Assembly: GCA_963727525.1 (NCBI GenBank)
Contig: CAVSGO010000005.1
Location: 32,001-96,000 of the forward strand
DNA from: an uncultured bacterium
GTDB taxonomy: Bacteria > Krumholzibacteriota > Krumholzibacteriia > LZORAL124-64-63
Reading direction: 5' to 3'
DNA: 64,000 nt
Shown here: positions 40,837 through 49,103 of the stretch, one piece after another
Layout: each line of letters begins with the position of its first letter
Position numbering within the stretch: the first letter of the stretch is position 1
Program-made: the position numbers and the translations under genes
Notes under the pieces: model-generated
What the model saw: the letters and a program-made list of their open reading frames with translations, nothing else
Database searches by the model: none
What the model was told of the DNA's origin: nothing

Positions 40837-41895
40837 TCAGTGCGTCCCCGGCGTGATGAGGTGGCACTTCTCGCAGAGCGGCCCCTGCTCCGGATCCCCG
40901 TAGGGATTCGGTAGCGGGAAGGACCCCGAGACTTCCCCATCGTCCTCGAGCAACGACACGTGGAAATCCCAGCGCCCCGCCGCCGGCGCCGACGAGGCGT
41001 GCGCGCGGTGGCAACTCAGGCACATGACGCGGCTGTTGCCGATCGGTCCGATCGTGCTCGTGGTGGCGGCACGAGTGTCCTCGAAGGGAACCTCGGGCAG
41101 GTAGGCGAGCGCAAAGGTACCGCCGCCCGGGTTGCGGGTGCCGTCGTAGTTGTTGTAGTTGCGCGCCGTGCCGTGGGACAGCGTGCTGTCGGTGGGGTGC
41201 TGGAAGACGCTGACCTGTTCCTCGTGATAGCGTCCATGGCAGTTCGCGCACCAATCGGACATGCCCGCGCGATAGGCGGTATGGGATTCCGGCGTCTCGC
41301 CCGAGGCGAACCCCTGCGGCGGCAGCCCCACGGCCGTGGGTGCCGGATGGCTGAACTGGTAGCGTCCGCCCTGGATCTCGCCCACGCCGTACAGCATCCG
41401 GAAGTTGTCGTTGCCGTGCGGATCGTGGCAACTCGTGCAGCCGAGCCAGGCGCTCGGATAGGTGCCTCCGGGTGCCTCGGTGAAGCGCGTGTCGGCGTCG
41501 GCCCCGCGGTCCGGCGCCACGATGCTGTGGCCGGCCGCCTCGCCGGCGATGGGCTGCGTCAAACCGTCCGGACCATCGTTGATGTTGTCCTCGAGCAAGA
41601 AGACGAAGTTGCCGGCGCCGCGCTCGACCGGCGGGGTGAGCGGATTCTCCCCGAATACGCCACCCTGTCCGCCGTGGCACATCAGGCACACGTCGCTCGG
41701 ACTCGCCGCCACGAGCAGGGCCTCCCCGCCGTCGATCAGGACATCGCCGTCGCGTTCACCGTGGGTGACGTGGCAGGATGCACAGCTGGCGACACCCTTG
41801 TCGTGGAACGCGCGCGCCGTGGGTCCCGCGAGCAGGACCAGGAGCCCCAGGCCAACGCCGGTCAGGCGGGTCATGCTGGGTCGTATGGACTTCAT
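40837..41895 (-). CDS. Hexaheme c-type cytochrome, OmcS/OmcT-like paralogue
   Basis: Signal peptide ending ARA|FHDKGVASCASCHVTH; six CXXCH (CASCH, CLMCH, CTSCH, CANCH, CLSCH, CEKCH); APGGTYP, GMSDWCANCH, CLSCHRAHAS. Confidence 0.88.
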   Translation of the reverse strand: MKSIRPSMTRLTGVGLGLLVLLAGPTARAFHDKGVASCASCHVTHGERDGDVLIDGGEALLVAASPSDVCLMCHGGQGGVFGENPLTPPVERGAGNFVFLLEDNINDGPDGLTQPIAGEAAGHSIVAPDRGADADTRFTEAPGGTYPSAWLGCTSCHDPHGNDNFRMLYGVGEIQGGRYQFSHPAPTAVGLPPQGFASGETPESHTAYRAGMSDWCANCHGRYHEEQVSVFQHPTDSTLSHGTARNYNNYDGTRNPGGGTFALAYLPEVPFEDTRAATTSTIGPIGNSRVMCLSCHRAHASSAPAAGRWDFHVSLLEDDGEVSGSFPLPNPYGDPEQGPLCEKCHLITPGTH

Positions 41896-42013
41896 GATGG
41901 TCAGGAAGGCTCCCCGGGATGCGTGTTCGTTGCGAGCCGTATGCCCGCCCCCCACAATATGATAGCACATTGACCGCGTGTTTCCAGCAGCATTGTCGCC
42001 GAACGGCTTTGGG

Positions 42014-42047
42014 AAAAAGGAGACCCCGCGGAGCACGCCGCGGGGTC
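42014..42047 (-). terminator. Rho-independent terminator after the omcS-like gene
   Basis: Minus strand reads gaccccgcgg-cgtgct-ccgcggggtc-tccTTTTT. Confidence 0.8.
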
Positions 42048-42088
42048 CCCTGTCAGCAATCCCGTCGAGACGGGCCGAAGGTCCGCGA

Positions 42089-43192
42089 CTACTCGTTCGG
42101 GGCGTCGAACTCGTCCTTGACGTGGCACTTGTTGCACAGCGAGCGCTGGTTGTCGCTGAACGTGTACTGGTAGTACTTGTTCGTCACATCGTCAGCCGTC
42201 GCGCCGTCGTCGGTGATCTGCGGGTGGGATTCATTGATGAACGTCGTGCCCATGTCCCAGCGCGCGATGTCGGAGAAGGCCGACGCGTGCGCGCGGTGGC
42301 AGCTCAGGCACATGACCTTGTCGACGCTGTCCGGGCCCAGCGTGTAGTCCATGGAATCGACGGTCTCCAGGTCGACGTTGACGGCCTCGAACGGCACCAG
42401 ACCGGCGTACGCCGTCGCCTGATCGCCACCATTCGGGTCGTCGGTGCTGATGTAGGCGTTGTAGATGGCGGCCACGGTGCTGCCCAGGTTCTCGCCGGCA
42501 GGATGCACGTGGTTGGTCGTGTTGTCGGTCAGGAAGTTCGGGTGGCAGTTGGCGCACCACTCGCTCATGCCGCTCTTGTACACGGTGTGCTTGGCATCGG
42601 TCTCGTTGCCGTTGGTGTCGCCCACCATCGTGCGGCGGCTGTTGCCCTTGGCCAGCGGCGCCGCGCTGGTGAACGGGAAGCGGGTGCCGTCGTAGCGGGG
42701 GCCGGCACCGGCGCCGTAGAGCAGGCGGAAGTTGGCGTTGCCATGGGGATCGTGGCAGCTGGTGCACGCGAGGCGGCTGCTCAGGAAGTCGCCGCCGGGG
42801 GCATGCTCGAGCGTCTGGTCGACGTCGATGCCGTAGGCCGCGGACACGACGTTGTGGCCGTGGGAATCACCGGAGCTGACCGTGGTGTGGCCATGAGCGC
42901 TCCAGCTGTAGTCCTTGGTGACCCAGTAGAAGTCGCCGCCGGGGCCGTAGCCGGCGCCGCCATAGAACTGGCCGTAGTCGGCGTGGCAGCTCAGGCACAC
43001 GTCGGTCGGCGTCGCCGCGACGAGCAGGAACGGATAGCCGGTGGCGCTGTCGGTCACCTGCTCGCCGTCCTGGCTGTTGTGCATGGTGTGGCAGCCGGCG
43101 CACTCGGCGACGCCGCCAGCGTGAAACGCGAGCACCGCGTTGGCGCTCAGCGAGAGAGCGATGATGAGAGCAATCTTGAACGTGGTCTTCAC
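42089..43192 (-). CDS. omcS: Hexaheme c-type cytochrome, OmcS (nanowire subunit) homologue
   Basis: GGAGG plus GTG start; signal peptide ending VLA|FHAGGVAECAGCHTMHNS; six CXXCH; PGGDFYWVTKDYSW, GHNVV, APGG, CTSCHDPHG, GMSEWCANCH, HPAG, CLSCHRAHAS, QRSLCNKCHVKD. These match my recollection of Geobacter OmcS motifs. Confidence 0.9.
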   Translation of the reverse strand: MKTTFKIALIIALSLSANAVLAFHAGGVAECAGCHTMHNSQDGEQVTDSATGYPFLLVAATPTDVCLSCHADYGQFYGGAGYGPGGDFYWVTKDYSWSAHGHTTVSSGDSHGHNVVSAAYGIDVDQTLEHAPGGDFLSSRLACTSCHDPHGNANFRLLYGAGAGPRYDGTRFPFTSAAPLAKGNSRRTMVGDTNGNETDAKHTVYKSGMSEWCANCHPNFLTDNTTNHVHPAGENLGSTVAAIYNAYISTDDPNGGDQATAYAGLVPFEAVNVDLETVDSMDYTLGPDSVDKVMCLSCHRAHASAFSDIARWDMGTTFINESHPQITDDGATADDVTNKYYQYTFSDNQRSLCNKCHVKDEFDAPNE

Positions 43193-43391
43193 GGGTCTGC
43201 CTCCAACGGATTGCTACCAGGTTGTTCCGAACACCCGCGGTGCCCGGAGCGTTCGTGCCGTCAATCTCGATCACTGTCTGACACGACGAATCTCATATCG
43301 GTCGCTGCGGACTTTGCGTGCTTGGTTGCCGGTCTTCACTCCTTTCGTCATTCTTGCGCAGGCACATGCTGCAGGTTCGTGAGTGCCGCAA

Positions 43392-44357
43392 TCAGCGACG
43401 CCCGAGTTCTCGCATCCTGAAAACCTGCACGCGGCCCTCGAAGCCCTGAGCCACGTAGATCCGCCCCTCCGGCGTCGCGGCGAGCGCCAGCGGGTGATAG
43501 AGCTGTCCGGGTCGGAAGCCGAGCTTGCCGAACTCCGTGACGAACGTGTGGTCGCTGTCGAAGACGAGCACGCAGGCGCGCATGCGATCGAGCACCAGGA
43601 CCTCGCCCTGCGGCCCGAAAGCCACGGCGACCGGAAAGCTCATGCGGCCCGGCGACGAGCCGAAGCGTCCAAACGTGTCGAGCAAGGCGCCATCGGCGGC
43701 CAGGACGATGATGTGACGCAGATCGCCGCCGGGAACGTAGATGCGACCATCCGACGCCTCGGCCGGGCGCCCCATCGCCGTGAACGAGCGGCCTTCGCTG
43801 ATGTCGCGCTGCCACAGGAGTGCGCCGGTGTGCGCATCGTGCTTCGCCAGCACGCCGGAAGCCGAGTCCAGGGTCAGGTAGTCGCCATCGCGCGTGATCA
43901 GCAGATGGTCGGGATTCCAGTCGGCGATGGGCGGTTGCGCCGCGTAGGCGACGGGCTCGCCGAATACGTTCAGACGGCGGATCTCCGTGTGGAAATCGCG
44001 GCCGCGATCGGTGAACACGAATCCGCCATCGCGATCGATTGCGCCATCGGCGGGGTACGAGAGATCGGCGAGACGACTCGTGCGGAAAACCTCGACATCG
44101 CTCGGGTTGAGCAGGTGGAATATGGACTGGCGTACATCGGTGACGCAGATCTCGCCGTTGGTAGGATCGATGGAGATGGCCACCGGCCGCGGCTTGCCGA
44201 CGCTGCCCACGGAGAGCGGCAGCGTCGCCTCGTAGTCGAAGGCGTAGCCCGCGGCGCAGACCACGGCGTCGAGCAAGGCGGCAGTGATCGTTGTAAAAAC
44301 TACCAATTTCGTCAGCGTATTCACAACTCGCGAGCCTCGGAATGCGAAATCGGACAA
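43392..44357 (-). CDS. NHL-repeat beta-propeller protein (omcS-adjacent)
   Basis: FGRFGSSPGRMSFPVAVAF, FGKLGFRPGQLYHPLALA..GRIYV..RVQVF; alternative GTG start at 44324. Confidence 0.85.
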   Translation of the reverse strand: MSDFAFRGSRVVNTLTKLVVFTTITAALLDAVVCAAGYAFDYEATLPLSVGSVGKPRPVAISIDPTNGEICVTDVRQSIFHLLNPSDVEVFRTSRLADLSYPADGAIDRDGGFVFTDRGRDFHTEIRRLNVFGEPVAYAAQPPIADWNPDHLLITRDGDYLTLDSASGVLAKHDAHTGALLWQRDISEGRSFTAMGRPAEASDGRIYVPGGDLRHIIVLAADGALLDTFGRFGSSPGRMSFPVAVAFGPQGEVLVLDRMRACVLVFDSDHTFVTEFGKLGFRPGQLYHPLALAATPEGRIYVAQGFEGRVQVFRMRELGRR

Positions 44358-44415
44358 TTATCGACCAGTTACAGGCCCACCAATCCGCAGCACCTGTTCA
44401 TTCCCGACGCCATCG

Positions 44416-44443
44416 AGCATATCAAACAAAAAGTAACTGTCAA
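44416..44443 (-). promoter_or_regulatory. Sigma-70-type promoter for the NHL-omcS unit
   Basis: Minus strand TTGACA (44443-44438), 16-nt spacer, TGn-TATGCT (44421-44416), inside an AT-rich spacer. Confidence 0.6.
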
Positions 44444-44552
44444 ACTATTTGCACAAAGGTTAACACCTTTGATGTTTCTTTTTGCAATGGCCGAGAACCC
44501 CCCTCCAAATACCTATGAATTAAGGAATTCTGGAATTGTGAGAATGAACACT

Positions 44553-44582
44553 AGCGGCGGGCCCCCAAAAGAACCCGCCGCT
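44553..44582 (-). terminator. Hairpin after the 42-heme cytochrome gene
   Basis: agcggcggg ... cccgccgct. Confidence 0.55.
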
Positions 44583-44611
44583 GTCGCGATTTGCACCGTT
44601 TCCCGGAAAGC

Positions 44612-47600
44612 TCACTCCCGCTTCTGGCGCAGCTTGTCGGTGTGGCACTGTACGCAGAGGCGGCCGCCCGGGTCCGCAGTGAGGAACTTCGGGAAGGCAC
44701 TCCCGTGCTCATCGTGGCAGCTCGCGCACCCCATCGGACCACCCGTGCGCGGATCCGTGACAGACGGCCCGACCGGGTGGTCGGTGTGCTCGGCGTAGGT
44801 GTGGCAACCCAGACACGGTTCGCGCCGCGGCCCGGCGGCGGCTGCCTGCGTCGGCGCCGCGAGATGGGGATCGTGGCACATGCTACAGGTCCGGTCGTCG
44901 ATCACCGGATGCGTGTACGCGGCCTGGCGACGCTGGTCAACCTGCTCGGCATGGCACTGGCCGCATACGTCAGCCTGCTCGCGCGGCATCAGGGCCGCCT
45001 TCGGCGTGGTGTGAGGCGCATGGCACACGGTGCAGGCACCCCCGTTCGCGAGCGGAGCGTGCGGCACGCCCACTTTCAGGTCCTCACCCAGCCCGCGATG
45101 GCAGGTGAAGCACAACGCGGGTTCCGGCTTCACGAGATCGGTCTTGCCCGACACGTGACAGGCCGTGCACTGACCCTTGCGGTAGGGCGCATGAACGACG
45201 GCATGCGGCAGCGATTTCGCGTCCGACGCGTGCGGGGCGTGGCACGAGGCGCAGTCGGCCTCGGCCACCGGGAAGCCCTGGTGCTTGGACTTGAGGGCCG
45301 CGGCCGATTCACGGTGACAGTGGCCGCACACCTCTCGCGGCGCGGCGCGCAGGCTCATCGCCACGCGGCCGCCGTGCGCATCGTGGCACCCGAGGCAGTT
45401 GCCGGCGCGGAACGGGGCATGCACGAAGGCCTTCTTCTGTGCGGCCTGCAGGTCCGCGTGGCATTCCCAGCACAGCTTGCCGGCGGGTACGCGCAGCAAT
45501 GCCTTCTGCTGCGACGCGTGGGGCTCGTGGCAGGCGTCGCACTTGCCGTCGCGAACGGGCGTGTGCGCGAACGCGGGATTCGGTGCGAGATCCGCGAGGG
45601 CGTGGCACGACTCGCATGTCTCGGCCACGGTATCGGACACGAGCAAGTGCTCGCCGCGGCTGACATGAGGATTATGACAGGCTGAGCATTCGCCGGCCGC
45701 AACCGGGGCATGCACGACCGGAGCTGCCCCATGCCCCGTTACGGGATCCTCGTGGCAGCCCGCGCACAGGCTCGACTGGTCGACGATCGGCGCTTTCGAT
45801 TCGTGGCACACCGTGCAATCGCCGTCGGCGAATGGCGGGTGGCTGCGGGCGTGCAGCAGCGACGGTCTCGTGGAGCGGTGCGGTTCGTGGCACCACATGC
45901 AGTCGAGAGTACTGGGATCGCGGTCGAGATGCTTCTCCCGGAACGCGCTGGCGTTCTCGTCATGGCACTGGAAACAGAGCGCGGGCACCGGCTCGTTCAG
46001 GAAGCCCTTGCCCTCGCCGCCATGCGCCTGGTGGCAGGCGAGGCAATCGCCCTGGGCCGGCGCGTGGATGGACACCGCACCCTCGGTGGACGCGACGTCC
46101 TGATGGCAGAGTGTGCAGAGCACCTCGGTCGGGGCGACGAGGAGCTGCTTCTGCGGCGACCGGTGGGGATCGTGGCATGCCGTGCAGTCGCCGGTAGCCA
46201 CCGGCTGGTGCGCGTGCCAGTTCGGGCTCTGCGCAACCTGCACATCATGGCAGGTCGCGCAGATCTGCTGCGCGGGCTCGCGCAGGAATGCGGGGTTGTC
46301 GCCACCGTGCGGCAAGTGGCAGGTGCTGCACTCGCCGGCGGCCGTGGGCGCATGCACGCTGCCGCCGTCAGGCGCCGTCACCATGTCTTCGTGGCAGCGC
46401 TGACAGAGCTGCTCGGGCGCCGTATTCAGGAGCTGCGGCTGTCCCGCCGCGTGCGGCTCGTGGCAGGCCAGGCATTCACCGCGGGCCACCACGTCATGCG
46501 GATGGGCAGACGCGATCTGGAGCTGCGTACTCACGTGACAGCTCAGACAGAGCGCGCCGGGCTTGTCCCTGAGGAGCGAGGCCTCGCTCGCACTGTGGGG
46601 GTCGTGGCACTTCGTGCAGTCCTTCTTGACGACGGGCGCGTGGGTCGACGCCGCATCGGCCGGCACGACGTCGTCGTGGCAGGTCGTGCACAGGTCGCGC
46701 GAAGCGGCGACCAGGAGGTGCGGCTGCTGACCACCGTGCGGCGTATGGCACTCGGCGCAGTCGCCGTCGGCCACTGGCGCGTGCACGTCGGCGCGCTGGA
46801 AGGCGGCCGCATCGTGGCACGCAAGGCAGGTGCGCGCCTGGTCGCTGACCAGCAAGTGGGCATACGGACTGCCGTGCGGCGCGTGGCACGCCAGGCAATC
46901 GCCATCGGCCGCCGGCGGATGGGGCTCCGTGGCGCCGGCCGTCACGTCGTCATGGCACGCCTGGCAGAGCTGGGGCACCGTCGCCAGGAGCGCATGGTCG
47001 TCGCGCATGGCACCGTCGCTCGTGGTCTCGTGGCAGGAGGCGCAGTCGCCGTCGGCCACCGGCGCGTGGCGCACGACGTGCAGCATCGCCCGGGAGTCGG
47101 AGCTGTGCGGATCGTGGCACGAGATGCAGCCGCTGGGCGCGGTGGTCGCGTTGCCATGGGCGCTCGCCAGCTTCGCTGCGTCGTCATGGCACGAGGCGCA
47201 GAGCGCGTCGGGAGCCTCCTTGAGCATCGCCAGCTGGTCCGACCCGTGCGGGTCGTGACAGACCACGCAGCCGTCCTTCTTCAGGGGCTCGTGCACGTAC
47301 TTGCGCGCGAAGGCGCCGGCGTCATGGCAGCGGGTGCAATCCTTCGCACCGCGAGCCTGCAGGAGATAGGGCTGGCCCGAACCGTGCGGATCGTGGCACG
47401 CCGCGCAGCCATCGTCCTTGATCGGCGGGTGCGTCACCTTGCGCTTCACGGCCGTCGCCACATCGTCATGGCACTCGAGGCAAAGCGTGTTGCCCGGCAG
47501 CTTGAGCGCGAGCTTGCCCACCACGCCGTGCCGGATATGGCATGCCTCGCAGTCTGCCGCCTTGAACGGCTCGTGGGCGTACTTGTCCTTCACCTGCGAC

Positions 47601-47737
47601 TTCATCGTGTCGTGGCAGTCGAGACAGGCCTTCTGCTTGAACGGCCCCGCCTGAGCCGTCGCCGCCAGCATCACGACGACGGCGAGGCTCAGGAGAGCCC
47701 ACCGGCGAGCTTCGGTCATGAAGGAGGTGCGGACCAC
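44612..47737 (-). CDS. Very large multiheme c-type cytochrome (42 CXXCH, doubled-CXXCH repeats)
   Basis: 42 CXXCH motifs counted by hand, mostly in the repeat H-x-P-x(4-6)-CXXCH-x-PH-x(13-15)-CXXCH; signal peptide ...AATAQA; GGAGG RBS before the GTG at 47737. Confidence 0.95.
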   Translation of the reverse strand: MVRTSFMTEARRWALLSLAVVVMLAATAQAGPFKQKACLDCHDTMKSQVKDKYAHEPFKAADCEACHIRHGVVGKLALKLPGNTLCLECHDDVATAVKRKVTHPPIKDDGCAACHDPHGSGQPYLLQARGAKDCTRCHDAGAFARKYVHEPLKKDGCVVCHDPHGSDQLAMLKEAPDALCASCHDDAAKLASAHGNATTAPSGCISCHDPHSSDSRAMLHVVRHAPVADGDCASCHETTSDGAMRDDHALLATVPQLCQACHDDVTAGATEPHPPAADGDCLACHAPHGSPYAHLLVSDQARTCLACHDAAAFQRADVHAPVADGDCAECHTPHGGQQPHLLVAASRDLCTTCHDDVVPADAASTHAPVVKKDCTKCHDPHSASEASLLRDKPGALCLSCHVSTQLQIASAHPHDVVARGECLACHEPHAAGQPQLLNTAPEQLCQRCHEDMVTAPDGGSVHAPTAAGECSTCHLPHGGDNPAFLREPAQQICATCHDVQVAQSPNWHAHQPVATGDCTACHDPHRSPQKQLLVAPTEVLCTLCHQDVASTEGAVSIHAPAQGDCLACHQAHGGEGKGFLNEPVPALCFQCHDENASAFREKHLDRDPSTLDCMWCHEPHRSTRPSLLHARSHPPFADGDCTVCHESKAPIVDQSSLCAGCHEDPVTGHGAAPVVHAPVAAGECSACHNPHVSRGEHLLVSDTVAETCESCHALADLAPNPAFAHTPVRDGKCDACHEPHASQQKALLRVPAGKLCWECHADLQAAQKKAFVHAPFRAGNCLGCHDAHGGRVAMSLRAAPREVCGHCHRESAAALKSKHQGFPVAEADCASCHAPHASDAKSLPHAVVHAPYRKGQCTACHVSGKTDLVKPEPALCFTCHRGLGEDLKVGVPHAPLANGGACTVCHAPHTTPKAALMPREQADVCGQCHAEQVDQRRQAAYTHPVIDDRTCSMCHDPHLAAPTQAAAAGPRREPCLGCHTYAEHTDHPVGPSVTDPRTGGPMGCASCHDEHGSAFPKFLTADPGGRLCVQCHTDKLRQKRE

Positions 47738-47764
47738 GGTGTATCCTCCCGCCACGTGGGCGAT

Positions 47765-49102
47765 CTATGGCGCGACGGCGCCTTCGCGACCAGTGCCTGC
47801 TGCCGCCACCCGCGCCGCGACCATGGCCTCGGCGTCGGGGACGATCGTGATCGGTGTGGCCGCCCTGAGCTTGGTGATGGCCTCGGACATCTGTGCCACG
47901 GACTGCTCCGTGCGCATGAGGCCGATGATCTTGCTACGGCAGGCGTCCAGCGGAGCGGGTTCGACCTTCTCGACGCCGTCGACCACGGCCACCACCCATC
48001 CGCCCGGCACCTCGAAGGGATCGAGCACCGTACCGGGCTTCATCTGCACCGCCTCGATGCCAAGCATCTGCGGGTCGAAGAAATCCTGCGGGAACGGCGG
48101 CGGCCCGTCGACGACGCCGGGCAGATTGCGCCGCAGCCAGCCGAGCATGGCCCCCTGCGCCAGCCGCGTCCGCATGGTCTCGGCCGCCTCCTTCGACTCG
48201 AGCTTGACGCTGTCGAGCTTCACCCGCGGCGCCGGTGTCACGTCCGACAGATGCTTCTCGTAAAACGCCTCGACCTCGGCATCGGTGGGCTTGGTGTCGA
48301 CCGCCGCGAAGATCTTCACCGACTCCTCCTGCACGAGCTGCCGCTCGAGCCGCCGCGCGTACAGGCGCAGGTCCGGCCGCTCATCGACATGCTCGATCTT
48401 GGCCTGATAGCGCACGAGAGCCTCATCGAGCCAGCTCGCGAAAATCTTGTCGCGCCGTTCGGCCGCGTCGGGCTTGCCCTCCATGCCGTGGTACTCGCGG
48501 AAACGTATCTCGCGCGAGAGATGCTTGACACGCATGGTCCCCGAAGGGATCCGGGTCAGCACGTCCTCGCTATCGTGCAGATGCTGCTGTATCGCCGGAT
48601 CGGCCGAGCCGTAGTCGAGCGACTTGAGGAGCGTCGTATCCACCGTGACGGCGTATTGCTCGCGGAGTCCCTGGATGTAGGCGTGCACCGCGGCCGTGCG
48701 CGACGGGACATCGGCGGCGGCGGTCGCGGCCACGGAATCGAGGAGCGCCTTGGAACACTGCGTACGCACCGCCTCCGTGACCTGATTCTTCACCGTGAAC
48801 TGCTGGTCCAGCCCCATCCGGTAGCCCTCCTGGATGATGAGCTGGTTCTCGATCATGCGTTTCAGGACGGCGGCCGGTTCCGGGAGCGCGATCGGCATAC
48901 CGGAGGGCGCACGCTGGCGCATGAGCGAGAGTTCGATATCAAGATCGACGACGCGCAGCGTGTCGTCGCCGATGAAGGCCAGGGGCTGCTCGGACGCGAC
49001 CGGCGTCGCAAGTGCCGGCACGGCCTGGACGCAGGCCACGGGCACCGCCGACAGGGCGATCAGCAGCAGTCCCGGCCACCAGGACAGGCGATGTACGGAC
49101 AT
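47765..49102 (-). CDS. SurA/PpiC-like periplasmic chaperone (peptidyl-prolyl isomerase-like)
   Basis: VLKRMIENQLIIQEGYRMGLD (SurA N-like), PTDAEVEAFYEKH, rotamase-like C-terminal PFEVPGGWVV. Confidence 0.7.
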   Translation of the reverse strand: MSVHRLSWWPGLLLIALSAVPVACVQAVPALATPVASEQPLAFIGDDTLRVVDLDIELSLMRQRAPSGMPIALPEPAAVLKRMIENQLIIQEGYRMGLDQQFTVKNQVTEAVRTQCSKALLDSVAATAAADVPSRTAAVHAYIQGLREQYAVTVDTTLLKSLDYGSADPAIQQHLHDSEDVLTRIPSGTMRVKHLSREIRFREYHGMEGKPDAAERRDKIFASWLDEALVRYQAKIEHVDERPDLRLYARRLERQLVQEESVKIFAAVDTKPTDAEVEAFYEKHLSDVTPAPRVKLDSVKLESKEAAETMRTRLAQGAMLGWLRRNLPGVVDGPPPFPQDFFDPQMLGIEAVQMKPGTVLDPFEVPGGWVVAVVDGVEKVEPAPLDACRSKIIGLMRTEQSVAQMSEAITKLRAATPITIVPDAEAMVAARVAAAGTGREGAVAP

Positions 49103-49103
49103 G

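Noticed and set aside
44640-47630. Regularly recurring gtggca/tcgtggca motif that could suggest a CRISPR or DNA repeat array
   Set aside because: These are the Cys-His codons of the CXXCH repeats on the minus strand. There is no fixed-length repeat-spacer structure and no cas gene.
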